From: the human T2T-CHM13v2.0 reference genome, Homo sapiens
Length of the DNA: 64,000 bases
Assembly: GCF_009914755.1 (NCBI RefSeq)
Contig: NC_060947.1
Strand: one strand, 5' to 3'
Shown: one piece after another, positions 60,101 to 64,000 of the stretch
How the letters are laid out: each line of letters opens with the position of its first letter
Position numbering within the stretch: position 1 is the first letter of the stretch
Position numbers and translations under genes: made by a program
The notes under the pieces: generated by a model
The model's database searches: none
Told to the model about the DNA's origin: nothing
The model's input: the letters and a program-made list of their open reading frames with translations, nothing else

Positions 60101-63100
60101 TCACAAAGAACATTCTGAGAATCCTTCCGTTTGCCTTTTATATGAAGTTCCTTCCTATACGACCGTAGGCCTCAAAGCAGTCCAAATCTCCATTTGCAGA
60201 TTCTACAAAAAGAGTGATTCCAATCTGCTCTATCAATAGGATTGTTCAACTCCATGAGTTGAATGCCATCCTCACAAAGTCGTTTCTGAGAATGCTTCTA
60301 TCTAGTTTTTATGTGAAGATATTTCCTTTTCCACCACAGGCCTCAAAGCCCTCCAAACGTCCACTTGCACATTCTCGAAAAAGACTGTTTCATAGCTGGT
60401 CTTTCAAAAGGAAAGTTCAACTCTGGGAGTTGAATACAAACATCACAAAGTAGTTTCCGAGAATGCTTCTGTTTAGTTCTTATGTGAAGATGATCCCGTT
60501 TCCAGTGAAATCTTCAAAGAGGTCCACATATCCCCTTGCAGATTCCAAAGAAAGAGGGTTTCAAAACTGCTCCATCAAAAGGATTGTTCAACTCTGTGAG
60601 TTGAATGCAGTCATCGCAGAAAACTTTCTGAGAATGCTTCTGTCTAGGTTTGATGTGAAGATATATACGTTTCAAACGAAGGCTACAAAGTGGTCAAAAT
60701 ATACACTTGCAGATTCTACTACAAGGCTGTTGCAAACCTGAACTATCAAAGGAAGGTTCAACTCTGTGAGTTGAATACAAACATCACAAAGAATGTTCTG
60801 AGTTTGCTTCCGTTCAGTTATGGGAAGTTGATCCCGTTCCCAACGAAATCCTCAGAGAGGTCCAAATATCCCCTTGCAGATTCTACAAAACGTGTGTTTG
60901 GAAACTGCTCCATCATAACGAATGTTCAGCTCTCTGAGTTAAACTCCATCGTCACAAAGAATTTTCTGAGAGTGCTACCGTCTAGTTTTTATATGAAGTT
61001 CTTTCCTTTACTACCACAGGCCTCAAAGCGGTCCAAATCTCCACTTGCAGATTCTACAAAAAGAGTATCTGCAAAGTGCTCTATCAAAAGGAATGTTCAA
61101 CTCTGGGAGTTGAATGCAATCATCACAGAGCAGTTTCTGAGAATGCTTCTATGTCGTTTTTAGGAGAAGATATTTCCTTTTCCAACACAGTCCTCCAAGC
61201 CCGCTAAATATCCACTTGCACATTGTAGAAAAAGTGTGTCGAAGCTGCGCTATCAAAGGGAAACTTCATCTCTGTGAGGTGAATGCAAACATCCCAAAGA
61301 AGTTTCTGAGAATGCTTCCGTTTAGCTTTTAGGTGAAGATTATCCCGTTTGCAACGAAATCTTCAAAGAGGTCCAAATATTCCCTTGCGGATCCCACAGA
61401 AAGAGTGTTTCGAAACTGCTGTTTCAAAAGGAATCTTCAACTCTGTGAGTTGAATGCAATCATCACAAAGAAGTTTCTGACAATGCTTCTCTCTCGTCTT
61501 TCTGTGAAGATAAAGGAAAAGGCTTTCAGGCCTTTTCCACCACAGGCCTGAAAGCGCTCCAAATGTCCACTTGCAGATTCTGCCAAAAGAATATTTCAAA
61601 ACTGCTCTATGAAAAGCAATGTTAAACTCTGTGGCTCGAACACAAACATCACAAAGCAGTTTCTGAGAATGCTTCAGTTTAGTTTTTCTGTGGAAATATT
61701 CCCGTTTCCAAAGAAATCTTCAAAGAGGTCCACGTATCCACTTACACATTCTACAAAAAGACAGTTTCAAAACTGCTCAATCAAAAGGAGGGTTCAACTG
61801 TGTGACTTGAATGCAATCATCACTCAGAACTTTCTGAGAATGCTTCTCTTTAGTTTTTACGTGAACATATACCCGTTTCGAACGAAGGCCACACAGTGGT
61901 CCAAATATCCACTTGCAGATTCTACAGAAAGAGTGTTTCGAACCTGAACTCTCAAAGGCAGGTTCATCTCTGCGAGTTAAATGCATTCGTCATGAAGAAC
62001 TTTCTCAGCGTGTTTGTGTTTAGTTATGGGAAATTATTCCCGTTCCCAACGAAATCCTCAGAGAGGTCCAAATGTCCACCTGCAGATTCTACCAAAAGTG
62101 TATATGGAAACTGCTCCATCAACAGGCATGTTCAGCTCTGTGAGTGAAACTCCATCATCACAAAGAACATTCTGAGAATGCTTCCGTTTGCCTTTTATAT
62201 GAAGTTCCTTCCTATACGACCGTAGGCCTCAAAGCAGTCCAAATCTCCATTTGCAGATTCTACAAAAAGAGTGATTCCAATCTGCTCTATCAATAGGATT
62301 GTTCAACTCCATGAGTTGAATGCCATCCTCACAAAGTCGTTTCTGAGAATGCTTCTATCTAGTTTTTATGTGAAGATATTTCCTTTTCCACCACAGGCCT
62401 CAAAGCCCTCCAAACGTCCACTTGCACATTCTCGAAAAAGACTGTTTCATAGCTGGTCTTTCAAAAGGAAAGTTCAACTCTGGGAGTTGAATACAAACAT
62501 CACAAAGTAGTTTCCGAGAATGCTTCTGTTTAGTTCTTATGTGAAGATGATCCCGTTTCCAGTGAAATCTTCAAAGAGGTCCACATATCCCCTTGCAGAT
62601 TCCAAAGAAAGAGGGTTTCAAAACTGCTCCATCAAAAGGATTGTTCAACTCTGTGAGTTGAATGCAGTCATCGCAGAAAACTTTCTGAGAATGCTTCTGT
62701 CTAGGTTTGATGTGAAGATATAGACGTTTCAAACGAAGGCTACAAAGTGGTCAAAATATACACTTGCAGATTCTACTACAAGGCTGTTGCAAACCTGAAC
62801 TATCAAAGGAAGGTTCAACTCTGTGAGTTGAATACAAACATCACAAAGAATGTTCTGAGTTTGCTTCCGTTCAGTTATGGGAAGTTGATCCCCTTCCCAA
62901 CGAAATCCTCAGAGAGGTCCAAATATCCCCTTGCAGATTCTACAAAACGTGTGTTTGGAAACTGCTCCATCATAACGAATGTTCAGCTCTCTGAGTTAAA
63001 CTCCATCGTCACAAAGAATTTTCTGAGAGTGCTACCGTCTAGTTTTTATATGAAGTTCTTTCCTTTACTACCACAGGCCTCAAAGCGGTCCAAATCTCCA

Positions 63101-64000
63101 CTTGCAGATTCTACAAAAAGAGTATCTGCAAAGTGCTCTATCAAAAGGAATGTTCAACTCTGGGAGTTGAATGCAATCATCACAGAGCAGTTTCTGAGAA
63201 TGCTTCTATGTCGTTTTTAGGAGAAGATATTTCCTTTTCCAACACAGTCCTCCAAGCCCGCTAAATATCCACTTGCACATTGTAGAAAAAGTGTGTCGAA
63301 GCTGCGCTATCAAAGGGAAACTTCATCTCTGTGAGGTGAATGCAAACATCCCAAAGAAGTTTCTGAGAATGCTTCCGTTTAGCTTTTAGGTGAAGATTAT
63401 CCCGTTTGCAACGAAATCTTCAAAGAGGTCCAAATATTCCCTTGCGGATCCCACAGAAAGAGTGTTTCGAAACTGCTGTTTCAAAAGGAATCTTCAACTC
63501 TGTGAGTTGAATGCAATCATCACAAAGAAGTTTCTGACAATGCTTCTCTCTCGTCTTTCTGTGAAGATAAAGGAAAAGGCTTTCAGGCCTTTTCCACCAC
63601 AGGCCTGAAAGCGCTCCAAATGTCCACTTGCAGATTCTGCCAAAAGAATATTTCAAAACTGCTCTATGAAAAGCAATGTTAAACTCTGTGGCTCGAACAC
63701 AAACATCACAAAGCAGTTTCTGAGAATGCTTCAGTTTAGTTTTTCTGTGGAAATATTCCCGTTTCCAAAGAAATCTTCAAAGAGGTCCACGTATCCACTT
63801 ACACATTCTACAAAAAGACAGTTTCAAAACTGCTCAATCAAAAGGAGGGTTCAACTGTGTGACTTGAATGCAATCATCACTCAGAACTTTCTGAGAATGC
63901 TTCTCTTTAGTTTTTACGTGAACATATACCCGTTTCGAACGAAGGCCACACAGTGGTCCAAATATCCACTTGCAGATTCTACAGAAAGAGTGTTTCGAAC

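Larger units (their letters stand above)
1..64000 (-). repeat. DXZ1: Alpha-satellite higher-order repeat array, 12-mer / 2057 bp, consistent with human chrX centromeric DXZ1 (SF3)
   Basis: Alphoid motifs (ttctgagaatgctt, ccacttgcagattctacaaaa, gttcaactctgtgagttgaat) recur every ~171 bp. ORF starts and GGATCC sites recur at exactly 2057 bp (2447, 4504, 6561...). A 2.0-kb BamHI 12-mer with pentameric substructure is the established signature of DXZ1. Orientation is uniform, with no non-alphoid insert. Confidence 0.95.
21000..64000 (-). repeat. HOR haplotype block 2
   Basis: Diagnostic states are gagaggtccaaat(g/a)t (SacI lost), tttcTgacaatg, tgtgagTgaaac, mostly gtgtCtgcaaac and catcaaCaggc, and boxes with gttCccaacg. 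Confidence 0.82.

Noticed and set aside
217-63656. Hundreds of 60-157 aa ORFs on both strands (e.g. MVKIYTCRF..., MKSNVKLCG..., MKYSFGRIC...)
   Set aside because: They are translations of the 171-bp (57-codon) satellite monomer and recur every 2057 bp. They gain and lose stops and frameshifts freely between copies and show no recognisable domain.
1-64000. CRISPR-like or other prokaryotic repeat-spacer system
   Set aside because: There are no unique spacers and no cas-like genes. The sequence is continuous tandem alphoid DNA with CENP-B boxes.
1-64000. L1/Alu insertion or strand inversion within the array
   Set aside because: All BamHI-position spacings are explained by 2057 or 2908 bp (+/- a few bases), and all CENP-B boxes have the same orientation.

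Overview
The whole 64 kb window is primate centromeric alpha-satellite (~171-bp monomers) in one orientation, with CENP-B boxes reading on the minus strand. It is organised as a 2057-bp, 12-monomer higher-order repeat (HOR) with one BamHI site per unit and an internal 851-bp pentamer substructure. This matches the human X-chromosome array DXZ1 (suprachromosomal family 3). There are about 29.5 HOR units, and I found no genes, RNA genes or transposon insertions; all listed ORFs are repeat artefacts. The interesting structure lies within the array. (1) Four 17-monomer (2.9 kb) variant HORs share one hybrid-monomer junction and one private SNP. (2) An abrupt HOR-haplotype switch occurs at ~20.4-21.6 kb. 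After it, the same substitution at an essential CENP-B-box base appears in two different paralogous monomers, apparently by short out-of-register gene conversion, roughly halving intact CENP-B box density. (3) One monomer per HOR carries a ~15-bp insertion made of inverted copies of its neighbouring sequence, creating two mutually exclusive hairpins. (4) Shared SNPs reveal nested local duplications. All comparisons were made by eye, without alignment tools.
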